DNA of 32,000 nt from Mycolicibacterium smegmatis (lineage in GTDB: Bacteria > Actinomycetota > Actinomycetes > Mycobacteriales > Mycobacteriaceae), in contig NZ_LN831039.1 of NCBI RefSeq assembly GCF_001457595.1, positions 6,390,001 to 6,422,000 on the forward strand, written 5' to 3'. Positions 1 through 8,353 of this stretch are shown here, one piece after another. Each line of letters starts with the position of its first letter. Position 1 is the stretch's first letter. The translations under genes were made by a program, and so were the position numbers. The notes under the pieces were generated by a model. The model made no database searches. It saw nothing but the letters and a program-made list of their open reading frames with translations, and was not told the origin of the DNA.

Positions 1-313
1 GCTCGTCACGCAGGTGCTCACCAGCGCGGGCGGCGTCGGCACCACGTACCCGGCACCCAAGGTGCTGGTGGTCTCGCCGCCACCGCTGGCGCCCATGCCG
101 CACCCCTGGTTCCAGTTGATCTTCGAGGGCGGCGAGCAGAAGACCACTGAGCTCGCCCGCGTGTACAGCGCGCTCGCGTCGTTCATGAAGGTGCCGTTCT
201 TCGACGCGGGTTCGGTGATCAGCACCGACGGCGTCGACGGAATCCACTTCACCGAGGCCAACAATCGCGATCTCGGGGTGGCCCTCGCGGAACAGGTGCG
301 GAGCCTGCTGTAA
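1..313 (+). CDS. SGNH/GDSL-type hydrolase, C-terminal part (5' end outside window)
   Basis: Frame is open from the window edge to TAA 311-313; C-terminal 'DGVDGIHFTEANNRDLGVALAEQV' resembles the D-x-x-H catalytic block of SGNH hydrolases. Confidence 0.6.
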   Translation, partial: LVTQVLTSAGGVGTTYPAPKVLVVSPPPLAPMPHPWFQLIFEGGEQKTTELARVYSALASFMKVPFFDAGSVISTDGVDGIHFTEANNRDLGVALAEQVRSLL

Positions 314-323
314 GGCTGGGGGC

Positions 324-2102
324 ATGCACTTACGTCCCGCTCTGACGTGGCTCCTGGTTGTCGGTCTGTTCATATCGGTCGTCGGATGTTCGTCGTCCCC
401 GGATCCGGCCGACCGGTTCTCGGCGTTCGCCGAGGCGCTGGGCCGCAAGGATGCGGCCGCGGCGGCCGCCCAGACCAGCGATCCGGCGGCCGCGGAGGCG
501 GCCATCACCGCGATGCTGGCCGGGATGGGCGACGCCGCGAACGTCTCGGTGGCCGCCGAACCCGAGGAAGGCGACGACGCGGGCGCGACGCTGAAGTACA
601 CGTGGACCTGGGGTGAGGGCCGCGACTTCGGCTACGACACCACCGCGACGGCGGCCAAATCCGGTGACGACTGGCTGATCACCTGGTCCCCCACCGTGTT
701 GCACCGCGACCTCACCCCGGATCTGCGCTTCCAGTACAGCGAGGACAGCGAATTGCAGACCCCGGTGCTCGACCGCACCGGCCAGCCGTTGATGACATGG
801 CAGACCGTCGGTGTCATCACTGTCGAACGCGCACATCCGGAGTCGGCCGCACCGCTCGCCGCCCTGCTGGCGCCCTTCGATCCGACCACCACCACCGAAT
901 CGGTCACCGCACAACTCAATTCGACGACCGATGACCGCGTGACGGTGATGAAGCTGCGCGAGGACGATCTGGGTCAGGTGCGCGATCAGCTCGCGCAGAT
1001 CCCCGGCGTGACCGTGCGTGAGCAGGGTGAGCTGCTCACCGCCGACCGGCAGCTGTCCTCGCCCGCCATCAGCGGCCTGGACGAGCTGTGGCACGACCGG
1101 ATCACCGCCAACGCGGGCTGGTCGGTGTACCTGGTCGACGCCGACGGTGCACCCGCACAACAGCTCACGTCCACGCCGCCCAAGGACACCGGGCCCGTGC
1201 GCACCACGCTGGACCTGCGCATGCAACTGCTCGCGCAGCAGGCCGTGGCCAAGGAGACCCGCCCGGCCGTGGTGGTCGCGATCTCCGGATCGACCGGGGG
1301 CATCCTGGCCGCCGCACAGAACCCGGCCGCCGATCCGCAAGGTGCGATCGCGTTTTCGGGCCTGTACCCGCCGGGGTCGACGTTCAAGACCATCACCACG
1401 GCGGCAGCCCTCGACGCGGGCCTGGCCACCCCGGACACACCGGTGGCCTGCCCGGGTGAGCTCACCATCGAGAACCGCACGATCCCCAACGACGACAACT
1501 TCGACCTGGGCACCGTGCCGTTGTCGTCGGCGTTCTCGCACTCCTGCAACACCAGCATGGCCGCCCTGTCCGACGAGCTGCCGCCCAACGCACTGACCGA
1601 CATGGCAAAGGACTTCGGGATCGGCGTCGACTTCATGGTGCCCGGCCTGACCACCGTGACCGGCCGTGTCCCCAACGCCGACAACGCCGCCCAGCGTGTC
1701 GAGAACGGCATCGGCCAGGGCACCGTGACCGTCAGCCCGTTCGGCCTCGCCGTCGCCGAGGCCAGCCTGGCGCACGGTTCGACGATCCTGCCGACGCTGG
1801 TCGACGGCGAGAAGACCACGGCCGACACCCCGTCGGTGCCGTTGCCGCCCAACATCACCGACGCGCTGCGCGCGATGATGCGCGGAACGGTCACCGAGGG
1901 CACGGCCACCGCGTTGAGCGACATCCCCGACCTGGGCGGCAAGACCGGCACGGCGGAATTCGGCGACAACACGCACTCGCACGGCTGGTTCGCGGGCATC
2001 GCGGGCGACATCGCGTTCGCGACGCTGGTGGTCGGCGGCGACTCGTCGGCACCGGCCGTCGCGATCTCAGGAGACTTCCTGCGCCCCGCGCTCGCCGGCT
2101 GA
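324..2102 (+). CDS. Penicillin-binding lipoprotein / transpeptidase with NTF2-like N-terminal domain
   Basis: 592 aa; signal peptide with lipobox 'VVGC'; transpeptidase motifs GSTFKT (SxxK), SCN (SxN) and GKTGT (KTG). Confidence 0.9.
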   Translation: MHLRPALTWLLVVGLFISVVGCSSSPDPADRFSAFAEALGRKDAAAAAAQTSDPAAAEAAITAMLAGMGDAANVSVAAEPEEGDDAGATLKYTWTWGEGRDFGYDTTATAAKSGDDWLITWSPTVLHRDLTPDLRFQYSEDSELQTPVLDRTGQPLMTWQTVGVITVERAHPESAAPLAALLAPFDPTTTTESVTAQLNSTTDDRVTVMKLREDDLGQVRDQLAQIPGVTVREQGELLTADRQLSSPAISGLDELWHDRITANAGWSVYLVDADGAPAQQLTSTPPKDTGPVRTTLDLRMQLLAQQAVAKETRPAVVVAISGSTGGILAAAQNPAADPQGAIAFSGLYPPGSTFKTITTAAALDAGLATPDTPVACPGELTIENRTIPNDDNFDLGTVPLSSAFSHSCNTSMAALSDELPPNALTDMAKDFGIGVDFMVPGLTTVTGRVPNADNAAQRVENGIGQGTVTVSPFGLAVAEASLAHGSTILPTLVDGEKTTADTPSVPLPPNITDALRAMMRGTVTEGTATALSDIPDLGGKTGTAEFGDNTHSHGWFAGIAGDIAFATLVVGGDSSAPAVAISGDFLRPALAG

Positions 2103-3803
2103 TTCGGCGTACAGATGCACCAGACCTGAGGCCACCGCGAACCGTGGGCCGTGCACACCGTCGATGTTGGCGCGGCCCACCACAACCCCCGCGGTCCGCA
2201 GGGATTCACCGACGGTACGCAGCAATTCGTCGTCGAGGGCACCGCCGCCGGCCAGCACCAGCGCGGTCGGCGGTTTCTCGAACGCCTTCATGCAGCGCGC
2301 GATGTTGGCCGCCACGGTCTCCTGCTTGATGGCCAGCCGCAGGCTGCGCCACTCCTCTGCAGCCAGCCGGCTGGAGAACGGGACCAGACCTGCGGTGCCC
2401 CTGGTGCACAGGCGTCCGATGGCCTCGGCCGGTGCCGGGGCGTCGAGGAACAAGCGCCGCCCGTCCTCCTCGTGTGCGACGTGCGGGCCCTCGACCCGGA
2501 TGGCCGGTGTGCGCTTGACGCGCTCGGCCAGGGCCCTGGGGATGCCGAGCATCTTCGCGACCGCCACCGTGATGGTCTCGCCTGCGCCCGCCGCGGTGAC
2601 GGTCCGTTCGGCACCGACCAGATCGATTGTGCCGCCGCCGATATCGCACACCACCGAATCGGGTGGCAGGCCGGGTGTGGTGCGGGCGCCGCGCGCGGCG
2701 GCCTCGGGTTCGGAGGCGAGCGTGCGCGCCGGGCGCCCGGTGAGTTCGGCGAGCGTCGCCGCGGCGTCGGCGACGTGGTCGGCCGCCAGCAGTGCCACCA
2801 CGGTGCCACTCGCGTCGGCCACGCCGCGGCGCAGCCACGTGCCGTTGTCCAGCGCCGCCAGATCGGTGAAGAACGCGTCGTCGACGGCCATCTCGTGATC
2901 GGCTGTGGGCACCGACCGCAACCGGATCCTCACCACGCTGCCCGGCGGTTCGCGGCGCAGGATCGTGTGGGCTTGCGCGGGCGGGTACCGTACCTGCTCG
3001 CCGTCGCGCGCGAACTCGACGTAGTCGTCGTCGGGTGCGGGTGGTTGGGGCGGACGGGTGCGGGGTGTGAGGGCGATCGCCGGGGAATCCGCGAGCTCTC
3101 TGGTGAATTCGGCGATGTCGCGCAGGTTCTCGTGGCCGAGCTGCAGCGCGGCGCACACCGCGATCGGATCGGCCAGGGCGCGGTACGCACGCCCCTCGGC
3201 GACCACCTCGACCGCCACCAGCACATCAGGAGCCAAGCCGTCCAGGTCGACCTCGTCGACCACGGGAACGTCGATCGGGATGCGGTTGCGGATCAGCACG
3301 GCGTCGTCCTGGGCGGCCAGCACCCCGACGACGTTGGCGCCCTTGCCCACCGCGTCGGTGATCGCGGCCGCGGCGTCCTCGAAATCGGTTGTGGCGTCGA
3401 CCGAGACGATGACCGCGTCGTGGCGATCGTCGTGTTTGAGCGCCGCAAGCGGCACGTGGCGACCCACGGCGTAGCCGCTGCCCGCGGGCGTGCTGGCGTC
3501 GGGCCTGCGCAGGCTGCGCACCGGTGCGTGGGGTACGGTCGCCGGTGCCAGCGGTGCGGTCTCGGTGTCGACCGGGCGGATCGCCGAGAGCACGAGCATC
3601 TCGGCACGTACCTGTAGGTCCACCTCCAGACGGTGCAGCAGTGCCGCCGCGCCTTCGAGTGATTCGCGGGATCCCTTGCGTCCGCGGGTCGGCGCCTGTC
3701 CGTGCCCGACGGGGTGCACGGTTCCGTCGGTCACGCGGGCCAGCACGATCTCCGTGGTGTGGTTGCCGACGTCGATACCGGCGATCAGGCCGGCGGGGAT
3801 CAC
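2067..3803 (-). CDS. ddrA: Diol/glycerol dehydratase reactivase large subunit (DdrA-like)
   Basis: Starts GTG 3803 'VIPAGLIAGIDVGNHTTEIVLARV', overlapping the small-subunit stop (GTGA); 'CDIGGGTIDLV' and 'LVLAGGGALDDELL' actin-fold motifs; 578 aa. Confidence 0.87.
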   Translation of the reverse strand: MIPAGLIAGIDVGNHTTEIVLARVTDGTVHPVGHGQAPTRGRKGSRESLEGAAALLHRLEVDLQVRAEMLVLSAIRPVDTETAPLAPATVPHAPVRSLRRPDASTPAGSGYAVGRHVPLAALKHDDRHDAVIVSVDATTDFEDAAAAITDAVGKGANVVGVLAAQDDAVLIRNRIPIDVPVVDEVDLDGLAPDVLVAVEVVAEGRAYRALADPIAVCAALQLGHENLRDIAEFTRELADSPAIALTPRTRPPQPPAPDDDYVEFARDGEQVRYPPAQAHTILRREPPGSVVRIRLRSVPTADHEMAVDDAFFTDLAALDNGTWLRRGVADASGTVVALLAADHVADAAATLAELTGRPARTLASEPEAAARGARTTPGLPPDSVVCDIGGGTIDLVGAERTVTAAGAGETITVAVAKMLGIPRALAERVKRTPAIRVEGPHVAHEEDGRRLFLDAPAPAEAIGRLCTRGTAGLVPFSSRLAAEEWRSLRLAIKQETVAANIARCMKAFEKPPTALVLAGGGALDDELLRTVGESLRTAGVVVGRANIDGVHGPRFAVASGLVHLYAESAGERGAQEVS

Positions 3804-4144
3804 CGCAGCAGGCCCCGCCGCGCGTAGGCCTCGGCGGCCTGCCGCACGAGTTCGGCGCAGCGCGCCGCGCCACGCGATTCCAGTGACGCCTGCAGCGCGT
3901 CGAGATCCTCCGCGCTCGACCGGTACGGACGCAGCGCCTCGTAGAGCCGCATCACGTCCTCGTCGTCGATGGTCGCGAGTTCGGCTGCGCGCAGGAAGTT
4001 CTCGGCGAGTTGTGGGTTGCCGTTCTCCTCGGCGATCACGGCCTGGTGTGCCAGCACCGCGGGGTCCATCCGAAGATCGGACAAGTCGAGCTTGCCGTCG
4101 ACAGCGGCCGCCACGGTGTACTTGTCTGTGAACTTGTCGTTCAT
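3800..4144 (-). CDS. Diol dehydratase small subunit (PduE-like)
   Basis: 114 aa; 'MNDKFTDKYTVAA...RMDPAVLAHQAVIAEENGNPQLAENFLRAAEL...RPYRSSAEDL'; ATGA-type overlap with upstream subunit. Confidence 0.85.
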   Translation of the reverse strand: MNDKFTDKYTVAAAVDGKLDLSDLRMDPAVLAHQAVIAEENGNPQLAENFLRAAELATIDDEDVMRLYEALRPYRSSAEDLDALQASLESRGAARCAELVRQAAEAYARRGLLR

Positions 4145-6414
4145 GGCCTGCGCACCTCCACCGTGACCGGCGCCTCGCCGGGTTCGCTGGCCTGACGTTC
4201 CAGCGCCACCAATGCGACCGCGCGGGCATGGTAGCGCGCCGAGATCGACTCGTCGGTGCCGCCGGTGAGGATCGGCACCGGGGCCATGCCCTTGGCGTGG
4301 CGTGCGGCGTTGCGGCCCAGTTCGCGGTAGTTGCGCGCGGTGAGCAACGGCGCGACGCTGAACAACTCCAGGTTGGCCAGCGGCGCCAGGTCGCGGCGGT
4401 GGATCAGTGCGGTGCCCTTGCCCTGCAAGCCGATTCCGATACCCGAGCCGGCCAGTTTGGCCGCGGTCAACCCGATCAGGCCGACATCGATGGTGGACCG
4501 CACACGCACGAACCGCGGCACGCAGCCCTCCTCCTCCAGGCCGGCCGAGATCTGGCGGATCACCTCACCGATCGGCAGGCCGCACAACGACAGCCACACG
4601 CTGCGCCCCAGCGCAGGCGACAGACCGATGCACACCTCGCGGGGATCGCTGCCTTGCCGCGCCGGTTCGATCTCGGTGACCGTGATGTGCCCGGCGTGCT
4701 CGGCCTGATCGGCGGTGAGTTCGGCGGCACTGCGCTGCTGGCGGATGTTGTCGATCTCGGCGCGGCGTTGCTCGCTGAGTGTGTAACCCGTTCCGGGCCC
4801 GGCGTAGTCGTTGGGATCGGTGATCTTCGACAACACCCGGAACTGCTCGTCGAAGATCGCTGAGGTCTGCAACTGGTCACCACGCATCCGCTCGGCCGTC
4901 AGCCGCATGATGGCCTCGGCCTCGGGATCGAAACCGGTGCGTTTGAGCGAGGCCACCACATCGAACACCGTGAGCTGCTTGGCCTCGATCGCGTTGGCGG
5001 CCTCCAGTACGGCCTTCGGATCCCCCGGCGGCAGGTCGCGGGATCCGTTGGCGGCCACCACGTTCTCGATGTGCTGATCGTCGAAGTCGGCGAGCCCGAG
5101 ATCGCGGTAGACGGCCTGTACCGCACGCGCCGCGCGCCTGCGCACCGCGGCGAGCTGATCGGCGGGCACCGTGCGCAGTCCACCGTCGGCGCCCCAGTCG
5201 CGCTGCAGTACCAGGAAGTCGTCCATGTCGTCGGAGTTGAAGTTCGACAGCGCGAACGCGTTGTCGTAGCGCGGGATCGAGCCGAATCCGGAGAAGATGA
5301 AGTCGGCGCCGGCCAGCAGCACGGGCAGCGTGTGGGCGCTGCGGCGGATGTCTGATTCCGAGATCAGGTTGTCGTTGCCCGCGCACGATTCGAGATCGCG
5401 CATCATCACCATGAGGTTCTCGGCGAGCAGCTCCTTCATGCCGTCGGGCACCGAGGCCACCACACCGACACCGTCGATGCCGCCGTTCTGCACGCCCTGC
5501 GAACCCAGCGCGCGTGCCAGTGAGACACAACGGGATTCGAGGTACAGGATCGAGCACTTCTCGGCCGCGCCCATGAGCACCTCGGCGCCGCCGCCGCTGG
5601 TGACGCGCATCTTGAGCCCGCGCGACGCGTACGCCGAGGTGAGGATGGCCTTGGAGAACGGGGTGTCGTCGCCGTCGACGAACACCTGCTCGGTGCCGTA
5701 GATCGAGATCGTCTCGGCGTAACTGGTCAGCCCGCGCAGGCCCAGGCGCAGTTCGAGGGCCTCCTCGATCGAGCACTGCGCCATCGCGCCGGGCACGCCT
5801 ACCTGTGAACCGATCAGCAGCGCAACGGCATTCGACGGCGCGTCGGCCAGCACCGGCACCGTCGTCTCGACCTCGCGGAACCCGTAGGCCACCGCGCTGG
5901 CGGCGTCTGCGGCGATCAGCAGCGGATCGTCGAGCTGGTTGGTGACGTGGGCCTGGTTGCTGGGCGTGCGGCGCGCCCGCATCTTGGCCATCGCGGCCTG
6001 CATCTCCACGGGCGTGAGCACCGCGATCACCTTGGCGAGCTTGGCCGGCGTCGTCCCCGCGATCAGGCGCACCACCTCGGCGCGCGGGACATTGATGTCG
6101 ACGGCCATGCGCGCCAGGTCGATGTCACTCATTGCCATGGCCTCGGGCGCCACGTCGAGGTCCAGCCCGTAGCGTGCGATGAACTCGTCGATGACGTCGA
6201 AGTCCTCGGCGGCCTTGCCGTCCATCTCGACCACGCGGCCGTCGCGGATCACCAGCGAAGGCTGCGGATCGTGGGGACTGCTCATCGCCGCGAGACCCAG
6301 ATCGGGGTCGGGGACGCTGAAACCGTCGAGGTTCACCGGTTTCGCGTCGAGGATCCGCATCCGGCCGAGTTCCGGCGACTGGCCCGGATCACCGCTTTCC
6401 GTCACGGCGACCAT
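4141..6414 (-). CDS. B12-dependent diol/glycerol dehydratase, fused large + medium subunits
   Basis: 757 aa; N-terminal about 560 aa is PduC-like ('TSYAETISIYGTEQVFVDGDDTPFSKAILTSAYASRGLKMR...SGGGAEVLMG'), followed in frame by a PduD-like part ('VCIGLSPALGRSVWLSLCGLPIGEVIRQI...GSGIGIGLQGKGTALIHRRDL'). GGAAAGG upstream of the start. Confidence 0.9.
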   Translation of the reverse strand: MVAVTESGDPGQSPELGRMRILDAKPVNLDGFSVPDPDLGLAAMSSPHDPQPSLVIRDGRVVEMDGKAAEDFDVIDEFIARYGLDLDVAPEAMAMSDIDLARMAVDINVPRAEVVRLIAGTTPAKLAKVIAVLTPVEMQAAMAKMRARRTPSNQAHVTNQLDDPLLIAADAASAVAYGFREVETTVPVLADAPSNAVALLIGSQVGVPGAMAQCSIEEALELRLGLRGLTSYAETISIYGTEQVFVDGDDTPFSKAILTSAYASRGLKMRVTSGGGAEVLMGAAEKCSILYLESRCVSLARALGSQGVQNGGIDGVGVVASVPDGMKELLAENLMVMMRDLESCAGNDNLISESDIRRSAHTLPVLLAGADFIFSGFGSIPRYDNAFALSNFNSDDMDDFLVLQRDWGADGGLRTVPADQLAAVRRRAARAVQAVYRDLGLADFDDQHIENVVAANGSRDLPPGDPKAVLEAANAIEAKQLTVFDVVASLKRTGFDPEAEAIMRLTAERMRGDQLQTSAIFDEQFRVLSKITDPNDYAGPGTGYTLSEQRRAEIDNIRQQRSAAELTADQAEHAGHITVTEIEPARQGSDPREVCIGLSPALGRSVWLSLCGLPIGEVIRQISAGLEEEGCVPRFVRVRSTIDVGLIGLTAAKLAGSGIGIGLQGKGTALIHRRDLAPLANLELFSVAPLLTARNYRELGRNAARHAKGMAPVPILTGGTDESISARYHARAVALVALERQASEPGEAPVTVEVRRP

Positions 6415-6454
6415 TTTGCGTGACCTTTCCTATTTGGTCTAGCCAAAACAGGTG

Positions 6455-7828
6455 TCAGGCGCCTGTGGCCGTCTCGAGGTCTTTCAGCGAGGTCTCCAGG
6501 TGGCCCAGCAGCCGCTGCAGATGCGGCACGCTGCGCCGGCAGCCCACCAACCCGAAATCCAGGTTGTGGGCGTTGCTCACCACGGTCATGTTGAGGGCCT
6601 GCCCGTCCAGCGCGATCGACAGCGGGTAGTTGCCCGCCAGGCGGGCCCCACGCCAGTACAGCGGCTTCTTGGGTCCCGGCACGTTGGAGATCACGAGGTT
6701 GAACGGCGGCGCGGTGGCGTCGACGAATCCGGGGAACGCCGTGGTGAGCCCGAGCGGGGCGATCAGCAGCGCCGACAACGCGAGCGCCTGCAGGCGCGGC
6801 AGTTCGGAGAACACCCTCTTGTTGTCGGTGATCGAGCGGCGGATCACCGCGAGCCGGTCGGCCGGATCCTCCACGTCGGTGCCCAGGCTGCACAGGATCG
6901 AGCCGACCATGTTGCCGCCGGCGTCGGCCTCGTGTTCACTGCGCATGCTCACCGGCACCATCGCGATCAGCGGCCGGTCCGGCAGCGCGTCCTGCTCGGC
7001 GAGATAGGCGCGCAGCGCACCCGCACACATCGCGAGCACGATGTCGTTGATCGTTGCCCCGGTGACCGCCTTGATGCGACGCAACCGCTCCAGCGGCCAC
7101 GACTGCGCCGCGACGCGGCGGGCCCCGCCGATCTTGACGTTGAACATGGTCCTTGGCGCACCGAACGGCAACGTGAGCTGCTGTTCGAGCAGCGCCGCAC
7201 GCGCCAGCCTGATCGTCGACGGCGCCAGCGCCGCCAGTGACGTCGCGGCGCCGGTCGCGGTGCGCGCCAACGACGACGAGCCCGCCCTGCGCGACGATTC
7301 GCGCCGCGGCAGGTTCCACGGCACCCGGACCGTGGTGTCGCTCGGGTCCTCGGACAGTGTGCGTTCGACGAGCTTCATCGCCGACACCCCGTCGATCAGC
7401 GAGTGGTGCACCTTGGTGTACACCGCGAAGCGTCCGTCGGCCATACCCTCGATGAGGTAGGCCTCCCACAGCGGGCGATGCCGGTCGAGCAGCGTGCCGT
7501 GCACACGTGAGGTCAGTTCGAGAAGCTCGCGCGGGCGTCCCGGCGACGGCAGCGCCGAACGCCGCAGGTGGTAGTCGAGGTCGACCTCGTCGTCGAGAGT
7601 CCAGCCCACGTTGGCGATACCCCCGAGCAGGGTCGCCGGATGCTTGCGGAACACCGGCTGGAAGTCGGTGTGCCTGACCATCTCTTCGTACAACTCACGC
7701 ACGAACTCCGGGCCTGCATCGTCGGGCGGGTCGTACAGCGCCAGACCGCCCACATGCATCGGGTGCTCCCGCGACTCCGCGATCAAGAACATGGAATCGG
7801 TCGGCGACATGAGCTGCATCCGGTTCAT
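6455..7828 (-). CDS. Wax ester synthase/diacylglycerol acyltransferase (WS/DGAT) family
   Basis: 457 aa; 'HHSLIDGVSAMKL' (HHxxxDG catalytic motif); N-terminal 'LSPTDSMFL' typical of the family. Confidence 0.95.
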   Translation of the reverse strand: MNRMQLMSPTDSMFLIAESREHPMHVGGLALYDPPDDAGPEFVRELYEEMVRHTDFQPVFRKHPATLLGGIANVGWTLDDEVDLDYHLRRSALPSPGRPRELLELTSRVHGTLLDRHRPLWEAYLIEGMADGRFAVYTKVHHSLIDGVSAMKLVERTLSEDPSDTTVRVPWNLPRRESSRRAGSSSLARTATGAATSLAALAPSTIRLARAALLEQQLTLPFGAPRTMFNVKIGGARRVAAQSWPLERLRRIKAVTGATINDIVLAMCAGALRAYLAEQDALPDRPLIAMVPVSMRSEHEADAGGNMVGSILCSLGTDVEDPADRLAVIRRSITDNKRVFSELPRLQALALSALLIAPLGLTTAFPGFVDATAPPFNLVISNVPGPKKPLYWRGARLAGNYPLSIALDGQALNMTVVSNAHNLDFGLVGCRRSVPHLQRLLGHLETSLKDLETATGA

Positions 7829-7859
7829 TCAACGCTGATATCCACTGCGGCGTGCCGGA

Positions 7860-7883
7860 AAACGAGTAGCCGACTACTCGTTT
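7860..7883. promoter_or_regulatory. Operator-like perfect inverted repeat AAACGAGTAG-CCGA-CTACTCGTTT
   Basis: 10-bp perfect arms, 4-bp spacer, located in the divergent intergenic region between the WS/DGAT gene (-) and the membrane protein/dioxygenase genes (+). Confidence 0.6.
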
Positions 7884-7942
7884 GTCCCGCACGAGAAAAC
7901 GCCACGATCGAGCCACAACCGATCGACCACGGGAGGTGGCGG

Positions 7943-8353
7943 GTGCACAAGGGCACTGCTGCGCGCAAGACGCTCGCGGTGATCCGGATCGCCAACGGCG
8001 CGGCAGGGCTTCTGGCTCCCGAAAAACTGCTCGGACGCCTCGGCGTCGACACCGCCGTCGACCGCGCGGGCACCTACCCGTTCCGGATGTTCGGCATCCG
8101 CACGGTGCTGATCGGCCTCGACCTGCTCCTGCTCCGCGGCGCCGACCTCCGGCGGGCCGAGCGACTCGCTGTGCTGATTCATGCGTCGGACACTGTTGCG
8201 GCCGCTGTCACCACCGTGCGCGGTGACCTCGGTCGCAGGCCCGGCATCACGAGCATCGTCATCTCCGCGGTCAACACCGCGCTGGCCGTCACCGCCTGGA
8301 AAGGAGGCCGCAATGCGCGCACTGCTGATGCGGTCGTTCATCAAACTCAGTGA
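7943..8353 (+). CDS. Small hypothetical membrane protein
   Basis: GTG start 8 nt downstream of GGAGG; 136 aa with hydrophobic segments; overlaps the start of the next gene. Confidence 0.65.
   Translation: MHKGTAARKTLAVIRIANGAAGLLAPEKLLGRLGVDTAVDRAGTYPFRMFGIRTVLIGLDLLLLRGADLRRAERLAVLIHASDTVAAAVTTVRGDLGRRPGITSIVISAVNTALAVTAWKGGRNARTADAVVHQTQ

Noticed and set aside
330-1982. 550-aa minus-strand ORF
   Set aside because: Mirror frame of the PBP gene; RG/VG-rich composition and no recognisable motif.
2151-3617. 488-aa plus-strand ORF
   Set aside because: Antisense to ddrA; composition of a GC-driven open frame, no domain signature.
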